The notes below the pieces were generated by a model. That model worked only from the letters and a program-made list of their open reading frames with translations, did no database searches and had not been told where the DNA came from. 64,000 nt of DNA, taken from assembly GCA_040006175.1 (NCBI GenBank), contig JBDTXN010000002.1, forward strand, positions 138 to 64,137. The letters run 5' to 3'. The DNA is from Gemmatimonadota bacterium (GTDB lineage Bacteria > Gemmatimonadota > Gemmatimonadetes > Gemmatimonadales > Gemmatimonadaceae). This document shows positions 1-11,380 of the stretch, one piece after another (within the stretch, counting starts at the first letter, position 1; every line of letters starts with the position of its first letter). The translations under genes and the position numbers were made by a program.

Positions 1-763
1 TGTACCTGCCGGTTCGCGTGTTGTAGGCGAGATAGCGGCCCGGGTTGTCCGGATCATCGTAGATGATCACGTTGTCGCGATCCCAATACCAGTCGTTCGC
101 ATACCGGTAATCGGAGGGAGCGACGCGGAAGTGGAAGCCGCGGAAGTAGAAGCGCTCGGGATTGCCACCCTCGAGCCGCCACACATGGCGCGGTCCGACG
201 TAGTCGTGCGAGAACCCACCCTGCTGCCATCCGGAGCCTACCCGGTAGTCGGACGAGCCGCCATAGACGGGGTGGCTGCCATAGACCTGGTCGTTGCGAT
301 GGAGGGCATCGTTGTTCCGGTCGTTGGCTCGGTTGTCGATGGTTCGGTTGTCGATGGCTCGATTGTCTTGGGCGCGTTCGCCGTTCGGGCGATTCTGATT
401 GCCATTGCTCCAGCCACCAGTGATTTGCCCGTTTTTGTCCTGGCCGGAACCGACACGGTACGACGGCTCCGTGCGCGCATTGCCGCCACCGACCTCGTAG
501 GGTCCGGTCATCGGGTTCTGCGTGCGCTGAGTCTGTTTGCCGCCCGAGCGGTCGCGATATCCCGGATGGCCGCTGTTACTCGGCTTCGACCGATTGTCGT
601 AGGTGTGTGCGCGGCCGTTCCGCGCGGCGCGACTCTGCGAATCCGCACGTGCGGTAGCTTCACCGCGACGCCCGCTCTCCTGATTGTCGTTTACACGGCG
701 CTGCGCGACCGCCGCCGCCGGGATCGTGAGCGCGAGCGTGAGTACTGCGAGGAGTTTAGTCAT
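1..763 (-). CDS. Secreted hypothetical protein, Asn/Asp/Arg/Gly-rich, 3' end cut by the window edge
   Basis: Absent from the ORF track because there is no stop inside the window. ATG at 763 (minus) gives MTKLLAVLTLALTIPAAAVAQ..., a signal peptide. The frame stays open to base 1 with G/C-rich third positions. It contains IDNRA/IDNRT/NDRNN repeats and a Trp/Tyr-rich C-terminal part (DWYWDRDNVIIYDDPDNPGRYLAYN). Confidence 0.6.
   Translation of the reverse strand, partial: MTKLLAVLTLALTIPAAAVAQRRVNDNQESGRRGEATARADSQSRAARNGRAHTYDNRSKPSNSGHPGYRDRSGGKQTQRTQNPMTGPYEVGGGNARTEPSYRVGSGQDKNGQITGGWSNGNQNRPNGERAQDNRAIDNRTIDNRANDRNNDALHRNDQVYGSHPVYGGSSDYRVGSGWQQGGFSHDYVGPRHVWRLEGGNPERFYFRGFHFRVAPSDYRYANDWYWDRDNVIIYDDPDNPGRYLAYNTRTGRY
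326..370. repeat. Imperfect 3 x 15 bp tandem repeat inside the first CDS
   Basis: The units are ggctcggttgtcgat / ggttcggttgtcgat / ggctcgattgtcttg. On the minus strand they encode the IDNRx pentapeptide repeats. Confidence 0.5.
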
Positions 764-922
764 ACGAGACCGCCTGGTTGACGAATGTCGTGTGGTGCAT
801 GATGAGCTCCCCAGTGGCCCTGCCGGAGCGAAGCAGTTTGTAAACAGATGATACACTAGGCTGGCTCCGATGGTCCCGCTCCCGTATCTTCACCGATGCT
901 GATCTACCTCGGAGCGGCGTAA

Positions 923-3403
<2,481 letters not shown>

Positions 3404-3429
3404 GTGTGGCGACTTCCGGAAGAAATTCG

Positions 3430-3918
3430 ATGACCTCACCAGTCACGCAACTCAATCCGTACGCGAGCCTCCTCGGCGACGCTCCACCGCACGAGGTGCT
3501 CGAGATGACGCCGGTGACCATTGCCCGTCTCATCCGAAATACCGGCGCCGAGCAGCTCACGCGCGCACCGGCGCCGGGGAAGTGGAGCATACGAGACATC
3601 ATCTGTCATCTCGCGGACTGCGAGATCACCTTCGCTTTTCGGCTGCGGCAGACCGTCGCGGAGTCGCACCACGTGATTCAACCATTCGATCAGGGAGCCT
3701 GGGGCTCCCCGTACGGCAAGCTCGACACTCGTGATGCGCTCGAAGCCTACACGACGATTCGCCGCTGGAACGTGCGGTTCATCAACGCGGTGGGCACGGC
3801 GGCCGAGTCGAAGCCGGTGACACATCCCGAGCGTGGCGAGATGACGTTCAGAACGATCATCGAAACGATGGGTGGCCACGACATCAACCACCTGCGGCAG
3901 ATCGAGAACCTCGTTTAG
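3430..3918 (+). CDS. DinB family (DinB_2-like) protein
   Basis: Internal ATG at 3430 of ORF 3232..3918; the upstream part overlaps the kinase 3' end. Shows the His-rich four-helix pattern (ICHLADCE..., GGHDINHLRQI). Confidence 0.75.
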   Translation: MTSPVTQLNPYASLLGDAPPHEVLEMTPVTIARLIRNTGAEQLTRAPAPGKWSIRDIICHLADCEITFAFRLRQTVAESHHVIQPFDQGAWGSPYGKLDTRDALEAYTTIRRWNVRFINAVGTAAESKPVTHPERGEMTFRTIIETMGGHDINHLRQIENLV

Positions 3919-3929
3919 CTACGCGCGAA

Positions 3930-4397
3930 CTACAGGTCGAGCACCATGCGCACGTCCGCGCGCACGAACTCGGTGCTGCCGACGGGGATGTCCACGAAGC
4001 CGAGTGCATGGTAGAGCGCGATGGCGGGCGTGAGCGAGGAATTGGTGAACAGCTCGATGCGCTTCGCGCCGATCGTGCGGGCGTGGGCGATGGCTGCTTG
4101 GCCGAGCGCGCGGCCCACACCGAGCCCGCGCGCCGACTCGGCGACGGTCATCTTCGCGAGCTCGAACTCGCCTTCGCGCTCACGCATCAGCGCGCAGGTG
4201 CCGACCGCTTCGCCATTGAGCTCGGCCATGAAGATGTAGCCACCCGGTGCGATGATGTACGTGTCTGGCTCTCCGAGATCGCGCGCGTCGCGCGGCTCGA
4301 CCGTGAAGTGCTTGCGAATCCAGGCGAGATTGAGGTCGCGGAATGCCGCCGCGTGCTCGGGGCGATACTGAACGATGCGGAGGCCGTCGTGCGGCAT
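3930..4397 (-). CDS. GNAT family N-acetyltransferase
   Basis: ATG at 4397 (MPHDGLRIVQYRP...). Acetyl-CoA binding motif ARGLGVGRALGQAAI. The upstream part of ORF 3930..4601 reads as non-coding. Confidence 0.85.
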   Translation of the reverse strand: MPHDGLRIVQYRPEHAAAFRDLNLAWIRKHFTVEPRDARDLGEPDTYIIAPGGYIFMAELNGEAVGTCALMREREGEFELAKMTVAESARGLGVGRALGQAAIAHARTIGAKRIELFTNSSLTPAIALYHALGFVDIPVGSTEFVRADVRMVLDL

Positions 4398-4537
4398 GAG
4401 CGGTGTCCACTGGCACACTGGTGAGGCGTTCACGGGAATCTCACGCCGCTCCAGACCGCGATGCCTGTGATCGTCATTCACGAATAATACTGCGGGATCG
4501 CGACTCCGTTCATCGCCCGGCTCGCGCTCGCTCGCGT

Positions 4538-6244
4538 CTACTTCACTCCGCCCGACACGATGAACACGCGGCCGGAGTGATTGCCGTGCACGCCGCTCCA
4601 CGCCGCGGTGATCAGGAAATCAACAGTGCCATCGCCGTCGACGTCGCCGATACCTACCGCGTCGAAGCCGAAGGTGTCGCCGGGAATGCGGTCGGTGAAG
4701 GTTTTGATGAGATGGCCGTCGCGTCCGGAGTACAGGTACACGCGTCCTCCGGAGATGGCGGGTGTCGAGTACTGCCAGGATCCCACGACGAGATCCGCAT
4801 GGCCGTCATGGTCCACGTCGCCGGTCTTCCCCGGCCCGATGCCGAATCCCTCACCCGCTCCCTCGCCGGTGAGCGTAATGAGACGTTTGCCGTCGCGCCC
4901 CGAATGCACGTAAATGCGTCCCGTTGACGGGCCCTTGGCGCCGTTGGTGAAATCCGACGCATACACGTCCGGAACGCCGTCACCATTCATGTCGCCCATG
5001 ACGGAGACGAACATCGCTCCGAGCGCGCGGCCCGTGGAGTCGGACTCGATGATGAACTTCGGTTTCCTCGAGAGCGCGTCGTACACGTAGGTTCGCCCGG
5101 TCTTGCTGCTCCCCCCGGTGGGCGCGCCCACCACGATGAGCGTGTGCTTCGTGTCGCTGTAGCCGCCGACCGTGCTTCCGAATGCGTCGCCCGCGCGTTC
5201 GCCGGTGAACGTCTCCAGGAGATGTCCGTCCTTGCCCGAGTACAGATACGCGCGACCTGCGCCGCGTCCTCCCGAATTGTTCGCGGGAGCGCCGATCAGA
5301 AAGTCGGCGTGGCCGTCGTGGTCGACGTCGCCGGCCGATGACACATGCTGTCCGAATGCATCGGAATCGTTCTCCGCCCGCAGCGTGAAGATCGTGTGCC
5401 CATCCTTGCCGGAGTAGACGTACGCGCGCCCGGAATACGGCGCGCCCGCGACGACATCCTGAATGCCGTCGCCATCCACGTCGCCCGCGCTCTCGACTCC
5501 CGTGCCGAGCTGCTCGCCGGGCTTTCCATCGGCGAACCAGAGGAGTTTGCCCGTGCGGCTCGAGTACGCGGACACGCGCCCCGCGTTTGCGCCGCCCGCA
5601 CTCCTCGTGGGAGCGGAGGTCACGAAGTCCATCGCGCCATCGTGATCGATGTCCCCCATCGCGCGCGCAATCCACCCGAACTGGTCTCCCACCGAATCGC
5701 CATCGACTTCCAAAAGCACCTTCACGGATTCGACGAACGGGTTCGCGAAATCGGCGGCAACGGGGAGGAGCGGCTTGTACCGCGCGTCCGAGCGAAGGCT
5801 CGCGTATGAGGAGTCCACCTCGAGCTGCGTCATGTCGTAGCTGTGTGATGACTTGACGCGCGCAAGCATCGCAAAGGCGCTATCGGGCTCTTTCTCGAGC
5901 GCATACACGCCGGCGAGATTGAACATCGTCGCCGGCGACGAAGGCTCCAGAGCCAGCGCGCGGTCATAGGCAGCGCGTGCGCGGGCGAGCTGTCCGCTCG
6001 TGCGGTAACAGAGCCCGAGCATGCGCCACGCGTTGACGTTTCCCGGCTCAGTGCTCGTGACGCGCTCGAGAATTTTTGCCGCGCCCGCAGGATCTCCTCC
6101 ATAGAAGTGGGACATCGCCGCGGGGACGGTCGCGACAGAGGATCCCGAATCCTGCGCTTGCAACGCGGGCGGTGCGGCGAACGCAATGAGCGCCGCGGAT
6201 CCGAGAACGAGCCGACGCATGTCGATACACCATGGAGCTTGCAT
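4538..6244 (-). CDS. Secreted TPR + FG-GAP (integrin-alpha/VCBS-like) repeat protein
   Basis: ATG at 6244 lies 7 nt downstream of AAGGAG; an alternative ATG is at 6220. Signal peptide ...MRRLVLGSAALIAFAAPPALQAQ, N-terminal TPRs, then repeated FG/GDVDGDG, GDVDHDGHADF and GDMNGDGVPD calcium-binding FG-GAP units. The rest of the 1024-aa track ORF is antisense to the next gene. Confidence 0.8.
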   Translation of the reverse strand: MQAPWCIDMRRLVLGSAALIAFAAPPALQAQDSGSSVATVPAAMSHFYGGDPAGAAKILERVTSTEPGNVNAWRMLGLCYRTSGQLARARAAYDRALALEPSSPATMFNLAGVYALEKEPDSAFAMLARVKSSHSYDMTQLEVDSSYASLRSDARYKPLLPVAADFANPFVESVKVLLEVDGDSVGDQFGWIARAMGDIDHDGAMDFVTSAPTRSAGGANAGRVSAYSSRTGKLLWFADGKPGEQLGTGVESAGDVDGDGIQDVVAGAPYSGRAYVYSGKDGHTIFTLRAENDSDAFGQHVSSAGDVDHDGHADFLIGAPANNSGGRGAGRAYLYSGKDGHLLETFTGERAGDAFGSTVGGYSDTKHTLIVVGAPTGGSSKTGRTYVYDALSRKPKFIIESDSTGRALGAMFVSVMGDMNGDGVPDVYASDFTNGAKGPSTGRIYVHSGRDGKRLITLTGEGAGEGFGIGPGKTGDVDHDGHADLVVGSWQYSTPAISGGRVYLYSGRDGHLIKTFTDRIPGDTFGFDAVGIGDVDGDGTVDFLITAAWSGVHGNHSGRVFIVSGGVK

Positions 6245-6477
6245 CTCCGCTCTCCTTGAATTCGTAGACCGGCTGCTGTGCCACTGATACCACCCGCCTC
6301 GAATATGCGGGGTGTCCTGACCTACGCCGGGCATTTCAGGAAGTTCTTGCCTCTTTCTGACTCCGTCGCGCCGTCTAACGCCAAGTCCGGACATACCATA
6401 GGTTAGCCAATCTCTCTCAGGGACCACGAACGAGTGGCGTCTTCGCGGCGAATCAGTAAGCTCTCTGCGCAACAGAT

Positions 6478-6505
6478 AAGAAAAAAGCGACGGACCTCCG
6501 TCGCT
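6478..6505 (-). terminator. Rho-independent terminator downstream of the GT39-like gene
   Basis: The minus strand reads AGCGACGGAGGTCCGTCGCT followed by TTTTTCTT: an 8-9 bp GC-rich stem, a short loop and a U tract. It lies 30 nt after the stop at 6535. Confidence 0.65.
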
Positions 6506-6534
6506 CTTTTCGCATCGAGTTGCCGCAGCGCTTC

Positions 6535-8115
6535 TCAGTTCCTTCCTGTCAGCGACGGCCAGAGCTTCTGCAACGTCATTCGCGGGTTTTCCGCCACGTA
6601 CACGGACACGTCCGATTCCTCCGGCACACCCCACGCATTGATCACCCGTCCAGCAGGCGTCACGGTTTCGAAGAATTGCTCCAGATCCTCCTTCGTCACG
6701 CCGAGCGACACCACCACCGTTCCCGGCTTCTCGCCCGGTCCGAAGAACCAGTAGCTTCCCGCGGCGCAGATCACGCGCGGAAGTCCGAGGCGCGGTCCGT
6801 AGTACTCGAGCGCACCCGCCTCGCCGTAATTGTCTCCAATGATCACCGCCTGCGCGCGCTTGTCCGGCGGGAGCGAGTCGTACGCGTGAGCCACAGCCTG
6901 CGCGAGCTCGGGCCAGCCGAGCATGTCCGCGTAGTCCTGCGGAAGCTTGAGCGCGACACCCTGGTTCGTTTTCGTGGCGCCCGACATCCCGGAGCGCGAC
7001 GCGAATGCTGCGGTCGCCTCCTTCGAGAAGATCGGCAGCTCCAGCGGCGCTGCAATCGCACCGTACACCAGCAGCGCCAGGACCGCCAGCGCGCGCGCTG
7101 CCATTGCGACCGTCGTGCGTCGGTGTTCCGTCCATCGCGCGAACGCCACCGCGCCAGCGGCGAACAGCGTCGGATAGATCGGGCCGATATAGTACGACTT
7201 GCCATGGAGCACGAGCAGCAGCGCGAACGCGCCAATGCACGTCCACCCCACCGCTCTGAACGCCCGCATACGCTTGGCCACGACGAGGTACACTGCGCCC
7301 GCTAGCGCGAGCAGCACTGCACCACCAAGACGGAACTGGCCTGCCACGAACGACCAGGCCGAGACGTGCTCGAGCTGTGAATGCTGCAGCACATTCATCT
7401 GCGATACGACGGGATAGCCGAGCAACAGCTGGCCAACGATGCTGGGGCTCCCGAGTACGAACGCAATCACGGCGGCCAGCCACGGCCATGGCGTCAGCAG
7501 CACGCGCCGCTGCGGAGCAACGAGGATCGCGACGACGAGCGCCGCGCCAAGGAACAACAAGCTGAACTTCGTGAGCAGCCCGAGTCCGCATGCCACGCCG
7601 AGCACGATCCACCAGCGAGGCTTCGTCGAGAGCATGTCATCGCTCGGCGCGCTCGCGCCCAGCCTGACTAGCGCGTACAGCGCGACCGTCCACCAGAGTT
7701 GATCGAGGATCACCGGCTGAAACAGATCGGCGGTGCGAAGAAAGAGCGGACTCGCCGCCACTGCAACGGCCGCAAAGATCTGGGCGAACCGCCCGCCGCC
7801 CAGCTCGCGCGCAATGAGCCCCGCGAGCAACACGAGCGCTCCGCCCATGAGCGACGGCACCAACCGAATCGCCACGATGGAGTCGCCGAGCAGTAGACGC
7901 TCCGCTTGCGAGACCATCGCGATGAACGGAGGAAAATCCATTCTCCAGAGGCGCAGGTGACGCCCCATCGCCATGTAGAGAAATTCGTCGCGCTGAAATC
8001 CGTACGGTGAAAACCGGTTCACCAAAATGTGCAGCGCGGCGATGAGCGCGCTGAGTACCACGAGGGGGCCGGTCGCGAGCGGCGGCCGCTTGGTCGAGTC
8101 TGAGGTTCGCGTCAT
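6535..8115 (-). CDS. Polytopic glycosyltransferase, family 39 / ArnT-PMT-like
   Basis: First ATG at 8115 (MTRTSDSTKRPP...); the track ORF starts at a TTG at 8160. The N-terminal region has about 10 TM helices with an RDEFLYMAMGRHL first-loop motif, followed by a soluble C-terminal domain. This is typical ArnT/PMT_2 architecture. Confidence 0.75.
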   Translation of the reverse strand: MTRTSDSTKRPPLATGPLVVLSALIAALHILVNRFSPYGFQRDEFLYMAMGRHLRLWRMDFPPFIAMVSQAERLLLGDSIVAIRLVPSLMGGALVLLAGLIARELGGGRFAQIFAAVAVAASPLFLRTADLFQPVILDQLWWTVALYALVRLGASAPSDDMLSTKPRWWIVLGVACGLGLLTKFSLLFLGAALVVAILVAPQRRVLLTPWPWLAAVIAFVLGSPSIVGQLLLGYPVVSQMNVLQHSQLEHVSAWSFVAGQFRLGGAVLLALAGAVYLVVAKRMRAFRAVGWTCIGAFALLLVLHGKSYYIGPIYPTLFAAGAVAFARWTEHRRTTVAMAARALAVLALLVYGAIAAPLELPIFSKEATAAFASRSGMSGATKTNQGVALKLPQDYADMLGWPELAQAVAHAYDSLPPDKRAQAVIIGDNYGEAGALEYYGPRLGLPRVICAAGSYWFFGPGEKPGTVVVSLGVTKEDLEQFFETVTPAGRVINAWGVPEESDVSVYVAENPRMTLQKLWPSLTGRN

Positions 8116-8175
8116 CTCGTTCGAGGGAGGGAGACCGGGCACCGGAGTACATACGTGCAACCCGGCCGCCGAGGT

Positions 8176-9033
8176 TCAATCGCGCGGAGCGATTCCAAGC
8201 CAGCGCTCGAGCCCCTCTCGGCGCGTGCGGCTCACGCGCAGCCGCACGCCACCCTTTAGCTGCAGCTCGTAGTCGCCACCGCCACCCCGGTGCAGCGCCT
8301 CGACCAGATCGAGGCGTACGATCACCGACCGGTGCACGCGCATGAACCGGTTGGGATCCAGGCGATCCTCCAGCGCCTGCATCGCCTCGCGGATCACGTA
8401 GCGACGATCGCCCACGTGCAGCTCGGCGTACGGCCCCGCCGCGCTGATGTAGTCGATCTGCGACACGGGAATCGGCTTCACCTGCGCGTGCGTCTCGACA
8501 GCGATGCGCTCCAGGTACTGCACGCCGCTTGCGGCGCCTGATTTCGGCGCAGGCGCGCGAGTGCCGAGCTCACTCTCGCGCAGCAGCTGCATGAGCTGCG
8601 CGCGTGCACGATCGACACCCTCGAGCGCGAGCGCGCGCCTCGCGCGCCGGAACGCCTGCTCGAATCGCTCATCATCGAATGGCTTGACGAGATAGTCGAC
8701 TGCCGCGACGTCGAACGCCTGAAGTGCATATCTATCGTAGGCGGTGACGAAGATCGTCATCGGCATTTGCTCCGCACCGATCTCCTTCACGACATCGAGC
8801 CCGCTCTTCTTGGGCATCTGCACATCGAGAAAAACCAGGTCGGGCTTCAGCTCGCGAATCGCCTTGACTGCCGCCTCTCCATCCGCTGCCTCACCGATCA
8901 CCTGCACACCGTGCTCATTACGCACGAGATCGTGCACGCGGAGCCTGCCGAGCGTCTCATCGTCGACGATGAGCACGCGGACTGGAGGAAGTCCCGAGAA
9001 CGGCGCCGGCTCCGGCAGTTCAGCGTTCGTCAT
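8176..9033 (-). CDS. LytR/AlgR-family response regulator (REC + LytTR DNA-binding domain)
   Basis: Receiver motifs VLIVDDE, DLVFLDVQMP and YLVKP. C-terminal LytTR pattern (YISAAGPYAELHV..., FMRVHRSVIV). Overlaps the upstream kinase stop by 14 nt. Confidence 0.9.
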   Translation of the reverse strand: MTNAELPEPAPFSGLPPVRVLIVDDETLGRLRVHDLVRNEHGVQVIGEAADGEAAVKAIRELKPDLVFLDVQMPKKSGLDVVKEIGAEQMPMTIFVTAYDRYALQAFDVAAVDYLVKPFDDERFEQAFRRARRALALEGVDRARAQLMQLLRESELGTRAPAPKSGAASGVQYLERIAVETHAQVKPIPVSQIDYISAAGPYAELHVGDRRYVIREAMQALEDRLDPNRFMRVHRSVIVRLDLVEALHRGGGGDYELQLKGGVRLRVSRTRREGLERWLGIAPRD

Positions 9034-10219
9034 TCGTCGATTCGGAGCCTTCTACGCGAAGCTCCGCACGATCCCGCGTTGCCGGCAGACGAACCTCGGC
9101 CACGGTCAGATCCTCGCTGCTGCGCGAAAGTGAAAAGTGCCCTGCCGCACCATATAATTGCTCGAGTCGTGCCCGTGTGTTTCGAAGCCCCACGCCGCCG
9201 CTCTCGCCGTCGGGCGCGCTCTCGCCGGGCCCGTCGTCCCGCACCCGCAGCACGAGCGTGTCATCCTCGAGGATTGCCTCGATCTCGATGCGGCCAGCTT
9301 CTGTCATCTTCTCCACGCCGTGCCTGATCGCGTTCTCCACCAGAGGCTGCAGGATCATGCTCGGCACCATGATGTCCAGCGCGCTGTCGTCGAGAAGTCG
9401 CAACACGTTGAGCCCGGGAAAGCGCACCTGCATGATGTCGAGGTAGCGGTCGAGCAGGTCGAGCTCCCGTCGCAGAGTGATCTCGGGCTCACGCGCTCCT
9501 TCCATGCTGTAACGGAGCAACTCGCTCAGTCGCGTGATCATCCGTCGCACCCCGCGCGGATCTCGCTCCACCAGCGACGACACCGCGTTGAGCGTGTTGA
9601 ACAGGAAGTGCGGATCGAGCTGACTGCGGAGCGCCTCGAGTCGCGCCTCGGCCAATTGCGCCTGCAATTGCGTCGCCTGCTCGCGTCGCGCGCCGAGCCG
9701 GAGTGAATAGGCGCGCGCGAGACCCGCGGCGAGCACACCGAGATAGATGATGAGCGCGTCGAGAAATCCGAACCAGAGCGGAGGTCCATGACCGCGACCG
9801 CCTCTGCTGTTCGGCCCGTCGAGCAGCAGTCCGCGCAGCTCGTGGCCGAACACGCTGACGCCGAGCGCCACCAGAACGCCGAGCAGGAGAAGGAGTAGAA
9901 AGCTCGCGCCTCGCGACATTCGCTCCGACCGTGCGCGCCCCGCAAGCGAGACGATGAGCGGCGTCAGAAGCGCCCACAGTGCTGCTTCGGAGACCGCGAT
10001 GATGATCCACATGGTGAGCGCGACGTCGGGGCCGCGAACCTGCGGCCCGGAGTCGAACGCGCGGTTCGCGATCGAAAGCAGCGCGTAGATCAGCCAGAAG
10101 CCAACGATGAACGAGATGTCACGTCGCGTGAGCGGAAAGTGCTCCGCGGGTGCCACGCTCCGATGAGTGGAGCCGCGCGCGTCGTCGTCGTTGGCCGAGC
10201 GAAATGCGGTCGATGTCAC
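9020..10219 (-). CDS. Sensor histidine kinase, LytS/YehU type
   Basis: GTG start at 10219. N-terminal TM helices, H-box LDPHFLFNTLNAV, N-box ENAIRHG, and DDGPG / GVGLRNTRARLEQLYG of HATPase_c. Confidence 0.85.
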   Translation of the reverse strand: MTSTAFRSANDDDARGSTHRSVAPAEHFPLTRRDISFIVGFWLIYALLSIANRAFDSGPQVRGPDVALTMWIIIAVSEAALWALLTPLIVSLAGRARSERMSRGASFLLLLLLGVLVALGVSVFGHELRGLLLDGPNSRGGRGHGPPLWFGFLDALIIYLGVLAAGLARAYSLRLGARREQATQLQAQLAEARLEALRSQLDPHFLFNTLNAVSSLVERDPRGVRRMITRLSELLRYSMEGAREPEITLRRELDLLDRYLDIMQVRFPGLNVLRLLDDSALDIMVPSMILQPLVENAIRHGVEKMTEAGRIEIEAILEDDTLVLRVRDDGPGESAPDGESGGVGLRNTRARLEQLYGAAGHFSLSRSSEDLTVAEVRLPATRDRAELRVEGSESTNDER

Positions 10220-10463
10220 GAGAGAAGGATAGGGTCTTTCGGTTTGCGCGCGAGGTCCGTGTCATGAGTGCACGCCCGCGTGCACGAACGGCACACACGC
10301 TCGAGCAACGGATCGTGGAGCGTGTCGTCGCGTGCACTTCGGCGCCCCTAATGCACGGCTCGGCTGTCCTCCGTGCCGCTCATCGCGCTGTGGCGTCGAT
10401 TCGGACGTATGCATGCAACTCATGACATATCAACGATTTAGGATCCCTGTCTACGCTAAGTTA

Positions 10464-10577
10464 AGCAGGGGAGCATCTCGCGCCGCGCAGGCGCAACGCA
10501 CCGCGGCCGACCTCGCGGTGAAAACGTCGCAGCAACGATACCCGACGGGTGCGGGCACGCTCGTCGAGCTCACGTAA
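10464..10577 (+). pseudogene. Possible relic of an outer-membrane efflux (TolC-like) protein C-terminus
   Basis: SRGASRAAQAQRTAADLAVKTSQQRYPTGAGTLVELT-stop resembles the terminal coiled-coil repeat of TolC-family proteins (A..A...Y..G..T..EL). There is no N-terminal part, and an AT-rich patch precedes it. Weak call. Confidence 0.2.
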
Positions 10578-10632
10578 TCGCAGGCGGCGCAGGTGCAGGC
10601 ACGTCATGCTGAACGGGTAATCGGGCTCTCCC

Positions 10633-11364
10633 TCAGGTGGGCGGCGAGCGGCGAAGCTCCGCGCGCCTGCTCACCATCTGCAAACCGGTGAAGCAGACGG
10701 CCAGCCAGAGCACGCCGAGCGTGTAGCCGGCAACGACATCGCTCAGGTAGTGAACGCCGAGGTAGATGCGACTATAGCCGACCAGGGCGATCATGCTCAG
10801 CGCGGCGATCCAGATGGCGAGTCGCACTGGCAGGCTACGGATCTTCCACACGCGAATGATCGTGTACGCGAGCATTGCGAATCCGATCAGTGATCCCATC
10901 GAGTGGCCCGACGGAAAGCTCCAGCTGCTGTACTGGAGGAACTTCGCCGCGAACTCCGGACGCGGGCGGCGAACGACATCCTTCATCACGCCATCGAGAA
11001 TGGTGCCACCTATGAAAGAGAGTGCCCACGCTACGAGCAGCGTGCGCTGCTTCGTGCGCCACAAATACAATTCCGCGGCGACGAACAGAATGGCCATTCC
11101 CACGGGCGAGCCAATCGCACTGATCATCACGAAGAGCCGATAGCCGAACGACGTGCCATTGATGTTGAACCAGCTGGCTATTGCCTGGTCGCGGTTCACG
11201 ATCACGTCGTGCTCGCGAACGGAGTCGAGCAGCGCGGCGAACAGCCACGCGGTGAGCAGGCACACCGCCAGCCCGATAACGATGTGGAGCGTGAGATACG
11301 CGCGAGGATCGAGGCGCGCGATCAGTCGCCGCCAGGGTGGAGGGGCCTCTTTGGAGAGAGGCAT
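10633..11364 (-). CDS. PAP2 superfamily membrane phosphatase
   Basis: All three acid-phosphatase motifs are present: KDVVRRPRP, PSGHS and SRIYLGVHYLSDV. Multiple TM helices. Confidence 0.85.
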   Translation of the reverse strand: MPLSKEAPPPWRRLIARLDPRAYLTLHIVIGLAVCLLTAWLFAALLDSVREHDVIVNRDQAIASWFNINGTSFGYRLFVMISAIGSPVGMAILFVAAELYLWRTKQRTLLVAWALSFIGGTILDGVMKDVVRRPRPEFAAKFLQYSSWSFPSGHSMGSLIGFAMLAYTIIRVWKIRSLPVRLAIWIAALSMIALVGYSRIYLGVHYLSDVVAGYTLGVLWLAVCFTGLQMVSRRAELRRSPPT

Positions 11365-11380
11365 CAGTCGGCCGTCACGA

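Noticed and set aside
131-781. A 216-aa plus-strand ORF at the window start.
   Set aside because: It is an antisense shadow of the minus-strand secreted protein gene (1..763). Its translation is low-complexity Ala/Val/Arg with no start context.
6245-6477. A possible sigma54 promoter (TGGCAC) or ncRNA in the 230-nt, lower-GC region upstream of the FG-GAP gene.
   Set aside because: TGGCAC is not followed by a TTGC element at the required spacing. I could not identify a tRNA cloverleaf or a stable conserved structure by eye. Most likely it is just a promoter and 5' UTR.
4538-7612. A 1024-aa ORF, the longest in the track.
   Set aside because: It is a chimera. Only the part downstream of the ATG at 6244 (signal peptide, TPR, FG-GAP) looks like protein. 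The upstream 450 codons are Arg/Ala-rich nonsense. They cross an intergenic region with a terminator and then run out of frame through the GT39-like gene.
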